64,000 nucleotides of DNA. Source: Phyllosticta citribraziliensis. Lineage: Eukaryota. The position numbers were made by a program, and so were the translations under genes. Positions 23,338 through 36,000 of the stretch are shown in pieces (position 1 is the first letter of the stretch; every line of letters starts with the position of its first letter). The stretch spans positions 1,984,001-2,048,000 of the forward strand of contig NW_027117338.1 in assembly GCF_038025025.1 (NCBI RefSeq), read 5' to 3'. The notes beneath the pieces are model-generated. The model was not told where the DNA came from. It saw only the letters and a program-made list of their open reading frames with translations, and searched no databases.

Positions 23338-26119
23338 GCTCTTGAAGTTGTGCCAATGGATTGCTGAGATGATGGGAACGTTCAGGTTTGAGATGAACTG
23401 AAGTTTGGAGTTCGATGAGCGTGACGTCACCAAAAATGGCCCGTGCTAGTTTGACCTTTTCCGGGACCAGCTGTTGATGGCTGTTGTTGGAACTGAGAAG
23501 CCGTCGTTTGGACTTTTCCATGTCGGGTCTTTGAGAAATCATGTCATATACAGGACTGGAGCTGATGTTGCTGTGAATGTCAGATGAAAATAAGAGAATG
23601 AAACCACGTTGAAAAAATCATCCACTGCACAGGACATCTTCAGAATGGAATCAAGTCAGTACAGCATACTCTCAAAACCACGATTGGGAGGAGACCCGGT
23701 CAAGAAGGTCGGATATCGGCAAATCACCACGTGTAGCGCTTTTCCCAACCGTAAACAAAAGTCTAGGAAGATTGGTCTTGAACCCCACGGCGAAACATCG
23801 ACTTTGCTCAATCATGCTCCTTGATCTTTGCAGGCTGTCATTTCAAGCAACCATGCAGAGGCCTGGAGTCAGCCTACCTACCCGAAGTACCGTTTTCAGG
23901 CTCCCACTCGATCATTCTAGACCGTACGTGCGGAGGAGAAGTGCAAGAGGAAGAGAAAGAGGGACGTGCGAGAGTCTCCACGCCCTTCTGGACCGGAGGT
24001 CTCCAGCCGTGCGTCTGCCCTGTTCGCCTTGCGTATAGTGGGTCATGCTAGATGCCACGCGAGAAAGCTCTTGCCTTGAAACTGATGAGATGTTTGTTGC
24101 TAGCGGGACGACCCGTTTCCAGTAACGGCGAGCGTTTGTTTGAGGATTGCTTTCTTTTCTTTTCTTTCCCTGTTGCTCGTTTGGCAGGTCTAGAACGATG
24201 GGTCAATGAGGCAAATAGTGGATCTTTTTGTGAAAGGATAGTGGCGCGTTTTGCCGAGCGGTGACTTGCGGTGGTCGAGCTCAAGAATCATGTCCATTCG
24301 TTTCCTTGAAAAACGACAACTTCGGACCACCATCACCCCATTCAGCGTACCAGTTCAGCTCCTTGACCCCGTCTAGCAACCGCCGGCCGCGGCCACGAAG
24401 CGACGCGACGTGAGCAACGCAGCCAGCGACCTATAGTTGGATCAGACTCGTAAGCATACGAGGCGCGAACTAGGAAGATGCCCGTCAAGCCTTGCCAGCA
24501 AGTGTTCCAGAGAACGAAACATCGAGGGACCCGAGGACGTCGGACCCTTATTCCAAGCCGTTTTTGGACGGTGGAGGCGCGGCAATGGGTATCCGGGGAG
24601 TGGTGCGACTGGGAGTGCCGGGCTAGGCTCTCCCAAGGAACGAGGGGCTCGGTGGGAGAAGGTTCAGTCGGGCCGAACCGTGTTTCGACAGACAAGGAAC
24701 AAGAAAGTTTGCTGTCGACTTTTTCAACGACAACAACAACAGCTTTGACAGATTCGAAGCGCAAAAAGAGGACAAAACGTACAACAGCCGGGATTCGCTG
24801 CTGGTCACCCACGCAACTACTAATCGGCCGCAACGTAGCTTATCTATGGAAGAGCGGACGGGGTTCCGAGTTCTCTACGTGCTGTGGTCGTACGTGGAAG
24901 GCTAACGAAAGAGATTTCAATATAACCACAATCTTTTGATCCTGTTGACTTGTTGATCGCCTCTCGAAGTGACGAGCAACCGGAGTGGAGCACGAATCAC
25001 GTGGGTTCCGTCGCATGCACGGCAGGAAGCGGATCCAGCACCCATCGCGAAATGGCCAATGCTGCTGTCGCCGTCTGAATGTCTCCTTGGATCAATCGGT
25101 GGCCATGCGATGGCGCCGCGCGCCCTTGCCGACGGATTATTCGGGAGTCGGCTCGTCATCTGTCAGCTCGGCTGCGACAATGGAGAGGGCAAACCGAAGG
25201 CTTGAAGCCGGATTTGGCAGCAAAAGTTGTACAAGGCCGACTGGCATTGGTGAGACCGGAGTCACACGCGACGCTGCTGTCTATGAGGGCGCGTGGCCTG
25301 GCGAGCGGGGTTGTACGCAAAGCAGCAGTGTTTGTTTTGGTCGTCCAGTCCAGGGTCGTTGGTAGACGCGCACACATGGAGCAAGTGGCCTGGGCGGATG
25401 CGCGCAGATCCGCAAATCGGTGGCTCCAGCGCACATGCAGGTCAGGTCGTGGTGAGGTGGTGATGTTTGTGGACGGACTCGAGCGGCGGCGACCAAACAG
25501 CGGCGTCGGAGGGTGACGTGCAGCCGTCTAGAGATTCCCCCCTTGCGGCCGACAGAGGGGACCTGGCGACCTGGTACGAGAGAGGGTGACGGGGTGGCTT
25601 TGGCCTTTGAGCTTAGCTGCAATCCTGGTGCTGGTCGCTCGTGCCTGGGTCGTGGCGGTTTCACGCCTGACCAATGGCCTCTGCATACAGCAGGCCTGAG
25701 AAAGCCAACCTAAAGCCAGAGCCCTTTTTTTTCTCCTCGTCCTCTCCAAGACCTTCCTCATTCCTCGACCACTCTCTTTTAATCTCGCATTCTCCCCTCC
25801 CACCTCCGCTTCGAATCCACTCTCATTCGCCCGCCGCACCTCCTCACCCCCGTCGACTCAACAACCTTTTGGGGGCCCTTGGAGGAATCACCCCCCTTCC
25901 ACTCATTCACCACTTTTACGCCGTCTTTCCCGGCGCGCATTCTTGCTAGTGGCGGTTTCGTGATATCCCTCGGCAGCTTCAGCCATCCGAGCCTAGACCA
26001 AGACAGTCTTGAATACTTCGGCAAGGATTTCGCCAGCTCCCAATTCGCAACCGCCGTTGGCCCTGCCGGCAAGTCGATCTCGGGCGCCCCATCTGCCTCG
26101 GGGCCACTCTACGCTACAA

Positions 26120-29092
26120 ATGTCTGTTCATTCCCCCAGGTCTCCAAAGTCTGCAAACTCCAATCGCCTCTCGCGTCAAGGCTTCCAACCCTTGCCCGGC
26201 AACAACGGCGTCGAAATGTCTCCCAACGACGTGACAATCGACATTCCGCTCGAGCCCGTGGCCAGCCACAGCTCTACCGGCAAGCGCACCGGTAGCCATG
26301 CTCCCCTCACCCACGTGGCCACTGTCGAAAACGAAAAAGCTCCTCTTCCACCTCCGCCGCCGGGTGCCAAGGGTAGGAGGTTGAAGCATGTTAGCACCGA
26401 CGACGGTACCGGACGAAACGAATTGGACAACGAAGAGGACTACGTCAATCGCCTCGGCAGATTTTACTACGCCGTTCTCAACTTTAGTATCATCACTCGC
26501 TACTTTCTTTACGTTGCACCGTTGGCCCTCTGTATCGCCGTTCCCATCATCGTGGGAGCTACCGTGGCCCAAACTGCAAAGATTGGAGGCGTTCGTATCG
26601 TTTGGTGAGTCGTGGAATGGTCGAAGTGGTCGCGCGCGGTCCGGTCTCGAGAGGTTGCTTGTTTCGATCAAGTGTCTCTCTGACCAGGAGCGCCACGAGC
26701 TACTAGCGTCAGACCCCATTTCCAAGTACCGTCACTGACTCTTCCAAGGTTTTTCACGTGGGTTGAGGTCGTGTGGTGTTCCATTTGGGTCGCCAAAATC
26801 GTCGCCCATGGTCTTCCCAGGGCCTTTCAGATTGTGGCTGGCGTCGTCAGCTCAGGCGTGCGCAAATACGCCCTGGTCATTCGCAATCTGGAACTCTACC
26901 TCTCTCTGGTCGGATGGGCCGTCACATCACTGGCCACCTTCGTCCCCTTAATGGTCCACAATCCTGACATTCGGGCTGCCAAAGCTTCGGGAGACAAGAA
27001 TGCCGATGCTTTGAAGAGCTGGCAGAAGGTCGTCAGGCAGCTGTTGGCAGCAGCTGTCGTGGCATCGATCGTTCTTTTGGTGGAAAAATTCTTTGTTCAG
27101 CTCATCAGCATCAACTACCACCGCAAGCAATTCATTGGCAAGATCAAGGAGAACAAGCGCCAGGTCCATCTCCTTGGATTGCTGTACGACGCGTCCAGGG
27201 CCCTTTTCCCGTCATACTGTCCCGAGTTTGAAGAGGAGGATTATGTCATCCACGACACGCTCAGGCTCAACCTTCCCAAGAACTTCCAAGGTCACACCAG
27301 GTCTGGCTCGCAAACGCCGATGCGTTTGCTCCATGATGTCGGCCGTGTGGGAGATAAGATCACCGCTGCCTTTGGCAACATTGCGTCTGAAATAACAGGA
27401 AAGAATGTCTTCAACCCCGACTCGGCACACTCCATCGTCATCCAGGCTCTGGAGAAGCCACGCTCCTCAGAGGCACTCGCCAAGCGTCTCTGGATGTCGT
27501 TTGTCGTCGAGGGAAAGAATGCCTTGTATCCTGAAGACATCAAGGAAGTTCTCGGAGCTTCGCGTGAAACCGAAGCAGAAGAAGCATTCTTCGCTCTAGA
27601 TGCTGATGGAAACGGTGACGTCAACCTCGAAGAAATGATTCTGATGGTTACGGAGATCGGAAGGACTCGCAAATCCGTCGCGACTAGCATGCACGACGTC
27701 GACCAAGCGATCAACGTCCTCGATGATATGCTCTGTGTCGTCGTCTTTGTGGCTGCCATCTTCATCTTCATCGCCTTTCTCAACGCCAGTTTCGTCACCA
27801 TGCTTGCCACGGCTGGCACGGCTCTTCTCTCTTTGTCTTTTGTGTTCTCCGCTACCTGCCAGGAAGTCTTGGGCTCCTGTATTTTTCTCTTCGTCAAGCA
27901 CCCTTACGACGTCGGCGACAGGGTCGATCTCACCACTGGAACAGACCAGCTTACCGTCGAACACATTTCTCTGCTCTTTACGGTCTTCAAACGAGTCAAC
28001 AACGGCCGCACCGTCCAGATTCCCAACACGGTACTCAACGGCCTGTGGATCGAGAACACTAGCCGATCGCAGGCTATGCGCGAGCAAGTTCCCATCTACG
28101 TCTCTTTTGACACTTCATTTGAAGACATTACCGCCCTCAAGGTTGAGATGCAAAACTTTGTCCGGGCACCAGAGAACAACAGAGACTTCCACTCGGACAT
28201 TGACGTGGCGGTCAATGGCATCGCCGAGCTCAACAAGCTCGAGCTAGTTATTGAGATTCGCCACAAGTCCAACTGGGGCAACGAGACTCTGCGCTCCATG
28301 CGTCGCTCCAAGTTCATGTGCGCTCTTGTCCAGGCTCTGCGCAAGATTCCCATTGCACCTCCCGGTGGCAACGACGCCGCACTTGGCTCATCGGATCGCC
28401 CGCAATACTCTGTCGACATCTCACCTGGCGAGGCGGAGGAGCGTCGTCAGGCCTACCTCGAAGAAAAGGAATCGAAGCGCCTTTTTCCCTCGAAGAAGCC
28501 AGAGCCGTCGACCGAGCGCTCCTCCAGCATCGACTATCTCAGCCGTGCAAGCGGCACCGGCGCTCATGGATCCACGAGCGCGGAGACCCAGGCCATCAAC
28601 CAGTTGAATGCGCGCAACCCAGCCTTCGACACGTACCGTGACGACGCATATCAAGAGCGTGGCGAGGATGCGAGCTTCACCGCAATTCCCCGCAGCGAAC
28701 GCGCAAGTATGAACGCACAGGATGTCGAAGACGTGCGCAACACGTTGAGGCGCGAAGGCACGCTGGGCAAGCGAAGAGCCGGCGAGCGCGGTCTACAGGC
28801 GCGGGTGCCGTCCCTGACCCGCGTCCCGACCATCAACGAGCCCCAGAGTGCCGTCGAAGCGGGCGCGACGTCGGGATACCAGCAGAGCACCTACGCCTAT
28901 CCCTCGTCAGCGCCTGCTTACAACACCATGGCCCAAGTGCCGCCGAGCTACCAGTACCCGCCCAGCACGCACAGCCAGCAGAGCCAGAGCCCGTCCCTCG
29001 GTCCCAATCCGAACCCCAACCCCAACCGCCGCTCCAACAATCCGTACTACACATCCGGAGCAAGGCCGTCGAGCACCGAGTCTCCACACTGA
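26120..29092 (+). CDS. MscS-like mechanosensitive channel (Msy1/Msy2 type) with EF-hand; intron 26605-26748
   Basis: N-terminal TM helices, EF-hand loop DADGNGDVNLEE, MscS signature FLFVKHPYDVGDRV...VEHISLLFTVF...IPN...IENTSRS, and a disordered C-tail. Confidence 0.93.
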
Positions 29093-31598
29093 TGAGATGG
29101 CGTAGGGGAGCAGGCCTTGATTGGCATCGTGCCGGTGTGTGTTTATGGCGCAAGTCAAGGCAATCGACGACGAGATGTGCGCATCGATCATGAGTTGACG
29201 AATCTCCTTTCCCTTTGCTTTTCCTCTGTGGGAGTAATGTGTTGGGGTGCCTGATTGAGTTGGGCTGAGGGCTGCAAGGGCGGCGGAGACACCGGGTGTT
29301 ACCGGTTGCTACCAAGGCATGACTTTTCTTTCTTCCTTCCAATCATCCGGCATAGCATTTTGCGGCGAGCGTGAGCTTTTCTTTTCGACCATGTACAAAA
29401 AGGATTACAGGAATTTTCGTTTCCTTTTTTTCTGGGTTCTTCATCTGCTCCTGGTCTTTGGCCATGTACAACAATAGCGAGCAAGCAGGCACTTGAAGTC
29501 GAACCAGCTAGCTTTCGCGATTAGATGACTGAGTCGAGTCAACGGACGAAGAAGGGGTAAACGATTCGCGACATTCGGACCAAAACCTGACAGTCGCGCG
29601 CATCATCTGCATAGTCTTGTCTGTTGAGCATGTAACGGTAGACAGCCGAAACAGACCAAGCATTTTGAACCAAGTATTTCAGTGGTTGCGAGCACACGTA
29701 AGCTTGGCCTGAATGAATCTTGCGCGCATTTCTTCCCACCACCACCGCCGTGTTTGAGAATGTTCATTGGCAGGGAGCATTCAAGCTCGTACCTACGCGA
29801 TCCGCTCGGGATCATGCCTTGTGTACGCAACGACATTTCGCACCGAGACTCGTCCACTTCCATCTCGGCGGCCTCCCCGGATGGATGCGATTCCTTTGAG
29901 TCGGACAGGCCGTTTGACTTGGCTGGTGCAACGATTGGCTGTCGGCGTGTGGAGGGGAAAGCAAGGGGTGTGGTGACGTCCGAAAGCTTGTCCGTCTGCT
30001 TAGAGCAGGAGCGGATGTCCCAAGCTATGTAGACATGGAAGGCGTGCGAGGTGCATAACTCGGAGCACTCACTTGAGATGAAGACCGGCGGAAAGACGGA
30101 TGAGCGGACGGGAGGATCTGGGTGGACACTAAATGATGAACTTTGAACCGATACTAAGGCAGGAGTTCTTCGCAGAGCGTGCTACGTCCTGGTATGTAGC
30201 ATTCGGCGAGTACAGTAATCAGCGACGAAAGACGAGTCGACGGGAGACAAGGCTGCAGCTACCAGCTCCGGACAAGTTCGGTGGAAGCAAGTAACTTGAA
30301 TAAAGGTCACCAGGTGTCGTTCCAACTTGTTTCGTTATCGGGTCTCGGCTGTCATGTTTCGTTGGACACGGTTTCCTTGTGTCTGTCTGAGCCTGTCCGT
30401 CTTTTGGGTCTGGCCCGCTTGGTGTTCCGTTCTGAGCTCCTGTTTGGCTTCTTTCATTGCAAAGTAGGGACTTGGCTGACATACTGGCCGGCTAGTCTCT
30501 GCTAAGGGACTTGTAGGGACGCGGCACGGTGTTGCTGACACACTGGAATGTGCTGAGGCTTACATGCTGCTCGCTTGAATGTAGGCGCCACGGCTGAACT
30601 CCACATCGCACATGGGTTTCTTGGATATTCTTTCTTCAGCTTTGGTGTTACGCAAATCGATCCTTGAGTGTGGATAGGAGAGAGCGAGGCTGGACAACAA
30701 AGGTCGTGGCACATACAAGACAGAGAACGTGTGACTGGGGAACTCTCTCCGTCTTACTCAACCCCCGCAAACAAGGAAACGTCGAGCTCATCATCATCCT
30801 AGAGATAAAGAGCACGAAAAGTATTCGACCTCTCCAGGACGATAGCAGTGGCCACGACTTTTAGCAGCCTCGGGGGTAGACGGAAGGGAGGTGACTCGGC
30901 CGTCGTCGGAGACCCGGACGTTCGCTGGGCCGAGTGCTTACGAGGGGATTACGTAAGTTGGTTGTTCGCCGGCGGCGTCGGAGCCCAAGACGTGCGAACA
31001 AAGCGGGACAGGAGAAGCTCAGAAGATATCCCGGAGGCGGGCACTCGTCTCGCGCGTTTTATGCTTTGGAGATGGTGTTTTCAATGGCATTCGGATGGGC
31101 CGGGAGAGACGCGAGGCAGAAGAACGAATGCGAGGATGAAGTGATGGTAGAAGGCCGAGTGCTGACTGATGAGCTGGACGGCCTGGTGGTGATTAGTGTC
31201 GCCATTCAGAGCTTAGCCCCGGAGATCGTCGACTCTTTGTCCGTAACGGAGGGGGCGTCTTGGCGGCTGGCATCCAACAAAGGCGGTGAAAACCGGCGGG
31301 GAGAAAGCAACTTATGTCAGCCCTCTCCGCGCTGAACCAGAGAGATCCGTGATAGAGTCTGCTACCATGTAAGTCAACCTCGACAAGAGCCTCATTCATG
31401 TCCACGACGCCGACGCCTTCGCCGGCGGCCTCGCGACGACTCATCATGGCACCACCTGCTAACCTGACCGCCCGACAGCTGCCAATCTCAACCTCTTCGG
31501 CCACACCTCACCTCGTACCTCGCCTCCATCCCACCCTGCGCCGACAGCAATCCCATCTGCATCCGCCAACCACCATCCGCCCATCGGCCGTGGATTGA

Positions 31599-32674
31599 AT
31601 GACGGCCGCCAACAGCTGGAACAACCTCTCAGCAATGAATCAATCGCCTTCGGTAAGTCCGCCATCCGCCACCTCCTCCGCGTTCAAGGTACTGACCCCA
31701 GCTGCAGGGCTCCCACAATATAAACATCGAGATGAGTAAGCCGTGCTGAGCTCATCCTCGGTCCATCACCTCAAATGTCTAACATGTTCGCGACTCCAGG
31801 TTTAAGAGAGCATCTCCTCGCCGCCGGCGCAGGTCAGCCTCAACAAGCTCCTCAGCCCATTACTCCTGGCCCCCCGTCCCACGCCCCCCCAGACCCTCAT
31901 GCGCACGGCGGCCTCGACCCCTCCATTGCTCCTCCAGGATACCCGATGAGCGCGGGCGATGCGGGCGACGGCCACCTGAGCGAGTCGGGTCGCAAGGGCC
32001 GTCGCGAGCTCTCCACTTCGAAGCGCGCCGCTCAGAACCGTGCTGCCCAGGTATGACTACTGGATTGCGAGAGGAACACACCGGCCAAGGCTAACTCGAC
32101 GCAGCGTGCCTTCCGCCAGCGCAAGGAAGAATACATCAAGTCGCTCAAGGACCAAGTCAACCAGCTCCAGGACATGGCCGAGCAGTTCCGCACCATCCAG
32201 TCCGAGAACAATACGCTCCGCGACTACGTCATCAACCTCCAGGCTCGGCTCCTCGAGTCCCAGGGCAGTTACCCTGATCCGCCGTCCTCGATCGACCTGT
32301 CTCGTCCGCATACCGACCTTCCCGCCTCCGTTGTCCAGGCTGCGCAGAACCCGCCCGTGGACCCTAGGACCAAGGCTGCTCCCGTCGCGCCCATGTCTAC
32401 AATGCCCCAGGGTGATCGCCAGGCCGGAATGACCGAACGCGAGATGACAGAACGCCTTGTTCAAGAGGCAATCAACACGGCGGCCGGCGCCGTCAGCTTG
32501 AACACGCATGGCCGCAACGTCAATGGCGGCGGTACCAAGCACTCGCACGAAGAAGCTCAATACCTGCCTGCCTCGAACGAATATCCGCACAAACGACAGA
32601 AGAGCGAGGATACGGCAGGCGCTCCGCAAGAAGGTAACGTCGGGTCTTCTTCGTCGTCTGCCGCCTCTTCATGA
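31599..32674 (+). CDS. kapC: bZIP transcription factor, KapC-like; introns 31653-31707, 31736-31799, 32051-32104 (start at 31599 or in-frame 31635)
   Basis: GRRELSTSKRAAQNRAAQRAFRQRKEEYIKSLKDQV...ENNTLRDYVINLQARLLE, an AP-1/Yap-like basic region plus zipper characteristic of KapC. Confidence 0.82.
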
Positions 32675-33805
32675 GCCCTTCCACTTCCTGCTGGTCCCTT
32701 TCAACATGATATCCCAATTCATGCTTAATGACTCTTCCCCGGTGCCCTTGCGTTTTCGTTCGGAATCTTGTCCAAAACCCCAAGGAGGATCGCAGGCCTC
32801 CTCACGCCACATTATCGAAGCGGTCTCGAAGCACATTACGACCGGACAGGCTGTCGCGAAGCACTGCAAACTTCCAATCACTTTCGATCCCTACTTCAGA
32901 CCTCTCACTTTTCCACGCCCTACTCCACAGGACATCGACCTTGAATTATGGGCATGGCAGCTGCTAACCGAATGCCTCGATTAGCCTCTCACCGCTCTGT
33001 TGACCACAATCCGACCCAACGCCCGAATTCGACATCAGTCCCTGCGGTTCCGACGTCTGGCAGCTAGCACCAGCTTTTTGCCCTGTTATCTTCGAGAGAA
33101 GTCTAGGCAAAGTCGTTCGGGCCCGCAAATTCTCCCTCGCTGCATTACGTCCTCAAGTTCTTATGCATTAAGTCGACTTTTTTTTCATTTCTGGGGACCG
33201 CTGGTGATGGTGCCAGGTGGGTTCCCATTGGACTGCGAAGCTAAGTTAAGCGTTGCTTGGGCTCCTACCAACCAGCCCATTGCTTTCTTCCAGGACAAGA
33301 TGGTACGGGACGCGAAGGCGTAGGAGGACTCGGGTTTCCCTTTCTCCCCTTTTTACGGATTGCGAATCTCGATTCCTGATTTTCTCTTGTGCTTGTGCTC
33401 TTTTCGTCTCGTGATGCGTGCATTTACTTTCTCTTTTGTTCTCGTTTCTTTTACTGGTATTCTTTCTTCGAAGTTACCTTTTCACAGGTGTTGGTGTAGC
33501 GTTCAAAGGTGCTCGTAGTGAGCTCAAATTCGGTGGGTTGATGGGCTGGTAGATGGTCGGGGCATGCACGGATTGCGGTTTACTCTGTCGCGGCCAGAAG
33601 TGACTTTCGTCAAGTATCGCTTTTTTCTTTCTTTGGGCGCGGAAACTTTTCTAGCTTGAGCCAAATGGATAAAAGAACGTATTTCTATGACTGGCGCCTT
33701 AGAAGTTGCGTTTATTGCACACATGGTGGAAACCGAGCGCGCAGAATTCGATGATCCGCCACGGTAGGTGTTGAAAGACTGAGACTCCCTAGAAACACGA
33801 GTGCA

Positions 33806-33970
33806 CCTAGGGACCATTCATTTGCTCCATTGACTACGCTTAAGGAGCATTCATTCACTGCGACAGCTGCGCTTAAGGAACGTTCATGTACTGCCAGAGT
33901 TGTGTTTAGGGAGTTGTTAATTATTGCCGTGGCTATAACCAAGGAGTCGCACTTTTCGACGCCCACTGTG
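33806..33970. repeat. Degenerate 33-bp tandem repeat, 5 units
   Basis: Units start at 33806, 33839, 33872, 33905 and 33938 (cctagggac, cttaaggag, cttaaggaa, tttagggag, accaaggag) with exact 33-nt spacing. Confidence 0.7.
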
Positions 33971-36000
33971 ACGCCACTTTTCTACCATCGCAAGCCGGAT
34001 GTGCTTATGCTACCTTAACTCATACACCCTACAAAAGTCGTCTGCCAAGCCACACGCTCAAATTATGTCTACTCTCCTCCTTGTATCTTGGCCCAAAGCA
34101 CCTTGGCTATATATGCGCACTGTGGCTCGCCCATTCGACCCTGCCTCCCTGGACGGTGGCGGTGGTATTGGCGGTGGTGGCGGCTGCGCAACGGCGCAAA
34201 AAGCGAAATGGACGGACGGGCGGGGAAGTGGGAATTGGGAGGAGCACTGTAGAGGACGGGGAAATTGTTTGTGGGATGGACACGTAAGTAGGTATGGCAG
34301 ACAGGCGAGGAAGCCACCTAGTAGTGGCTGCCTAACTAGGTAGGTTGGTAAATAGGCCGAAGGCTACCAGTGCAAGAACAGTGAGGTGTGTGGCGGTGAT
34401 GTCACTTGGTGCTACTTGTTTTGCCTGCCTTTCTTTAGTGCTTCGGGGAGTGCTTGCATGTGGCGTCGTGGCGGGACTTGTCCTCTGCAGGGAAGGAAGG
34501 CGCGGATTGACGGATCGACGGATCGACGGGAGGCCGACAGGGAGATTGATAGGATGACGACAGCAGGGCTAGAGAAGTTGGATGAAGGAGGGAGTGGGAG
34601 ATGGAGCGTGAGGCTTGGGCTGTGGTGGCCGTGCGGTTGACAACCGGGAAGAGGATTTCTTGCGGGACGTCGACCAGGAGTTGATTTGCATTTGGCCCTC
34701 TTTCGCCCCGTTTGTTTAGTTCTGCTTTTTTCGCAGCGATGGTTTGAACTGTGTTCTTTGCCGTTTCGAAAAAGAGAGGTTGCAATACGGCGGACGTATG
34801 GATTCATCGATTGATTGATCAGTGACGTCTTTTGGTATGGTCGCTCGCTACTGCAGAGGCAACATGGCATTTGGGCACATCGTGAGCCGTCTGTCTAGTC
34901 TTGCACAAATGCACCGTCGGCAGGCAGCCAAAACGTCCTATGCTGGAGCGAAAATGCCTGCACTGCGATTCTCCGTGGGGCAGAAAACAGGGTCAGGCCG
35001 TCCTGTCCTCCACCGTCTTTGGCGTGTGGCTGTGACCGTATGAGTAGGCAACCAAGGACGTTTAGCCATATGTGGCTGCTACTAGGTGATGACGTTGCGG
35101 CGGAAGGGCGGGTAGGGGCATAAGGAGCCGCGGGTGTTTGAGGAGGCGAGAAAGTTGAGGAAAATCCGATTGCGAAATCCGATTTCGAAATGAAACGGTT
35201 GAGACGTGAAACGTGGATTTTGGGATGGCTTTCTTGACCTTTTGGTCTTCTTTTGCTCCATTCGGTTCCGCTTGAACCGTCGGGGTAACTGGTGAGATAC
35301 GCGAGAATTGGCTGGAGTATGGAGAAAACAACGAGGGAGATGGCGCATACCGCAGAATGGGTATTACGGGGGGCATTCAAGTGACTTGGAACCAACAGGC
35401 AAGAAATTTTTCAATTTACTCGACAGTGTCCATGTGAGAATGTATGCTCAAAGAATGGCTTTGGTAAAGATTGGAAAAAACCACCACAACGACCCACATC
35501 ACTTTTAATTGAAAGAATGGAGCGAAGCGAAGGTAAATGAAACGGGTATCTACCCATAGACAAGACTGAAAAAAGAGGAGCGTGCAAAAACGGAAGCCAG
35601 CCAACGATTTTGCGGCATCCCCTACAACCCATTCGCGCCGAGATGTGACCAAATCCCACCTCATATTACATGTGCTGCAAGCCCGGGCATCCGTCCCTGA
35701 ACCAAATGTTCGTCGTCATGCAAGGAAGAGAAAGGAAATCTACTGTACAAAGGAAAGGTTCATGAACCTCGTAAACGTGTAACTCTCGAACAAGAACCAG
35801 GCAGTAGACCTCATAGAATACTGTAAGCTTGCTTAACGACTCTTGCTTTTTCTTGATTGGTTTGCCGACTTGCCCATTCGCTTGACTTTACACAGCGTAG
35901 ATTTCGTCACTCCACGCAAGCGAGCGAGACAGAAACATTGCCGGCCAAGCGGGAGAGGAGGTTAGGGAGCCAGTCAGCAGTTGCGTACAATAAATGCCGC

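Noticed and set aside
33806..33970. CRISPR-like periodicity
   Set aside because: Units are contiguous degenerate tandem repeats without a constant repeat plus unique spacer; the context is eukaryotic and there are no cas genes.
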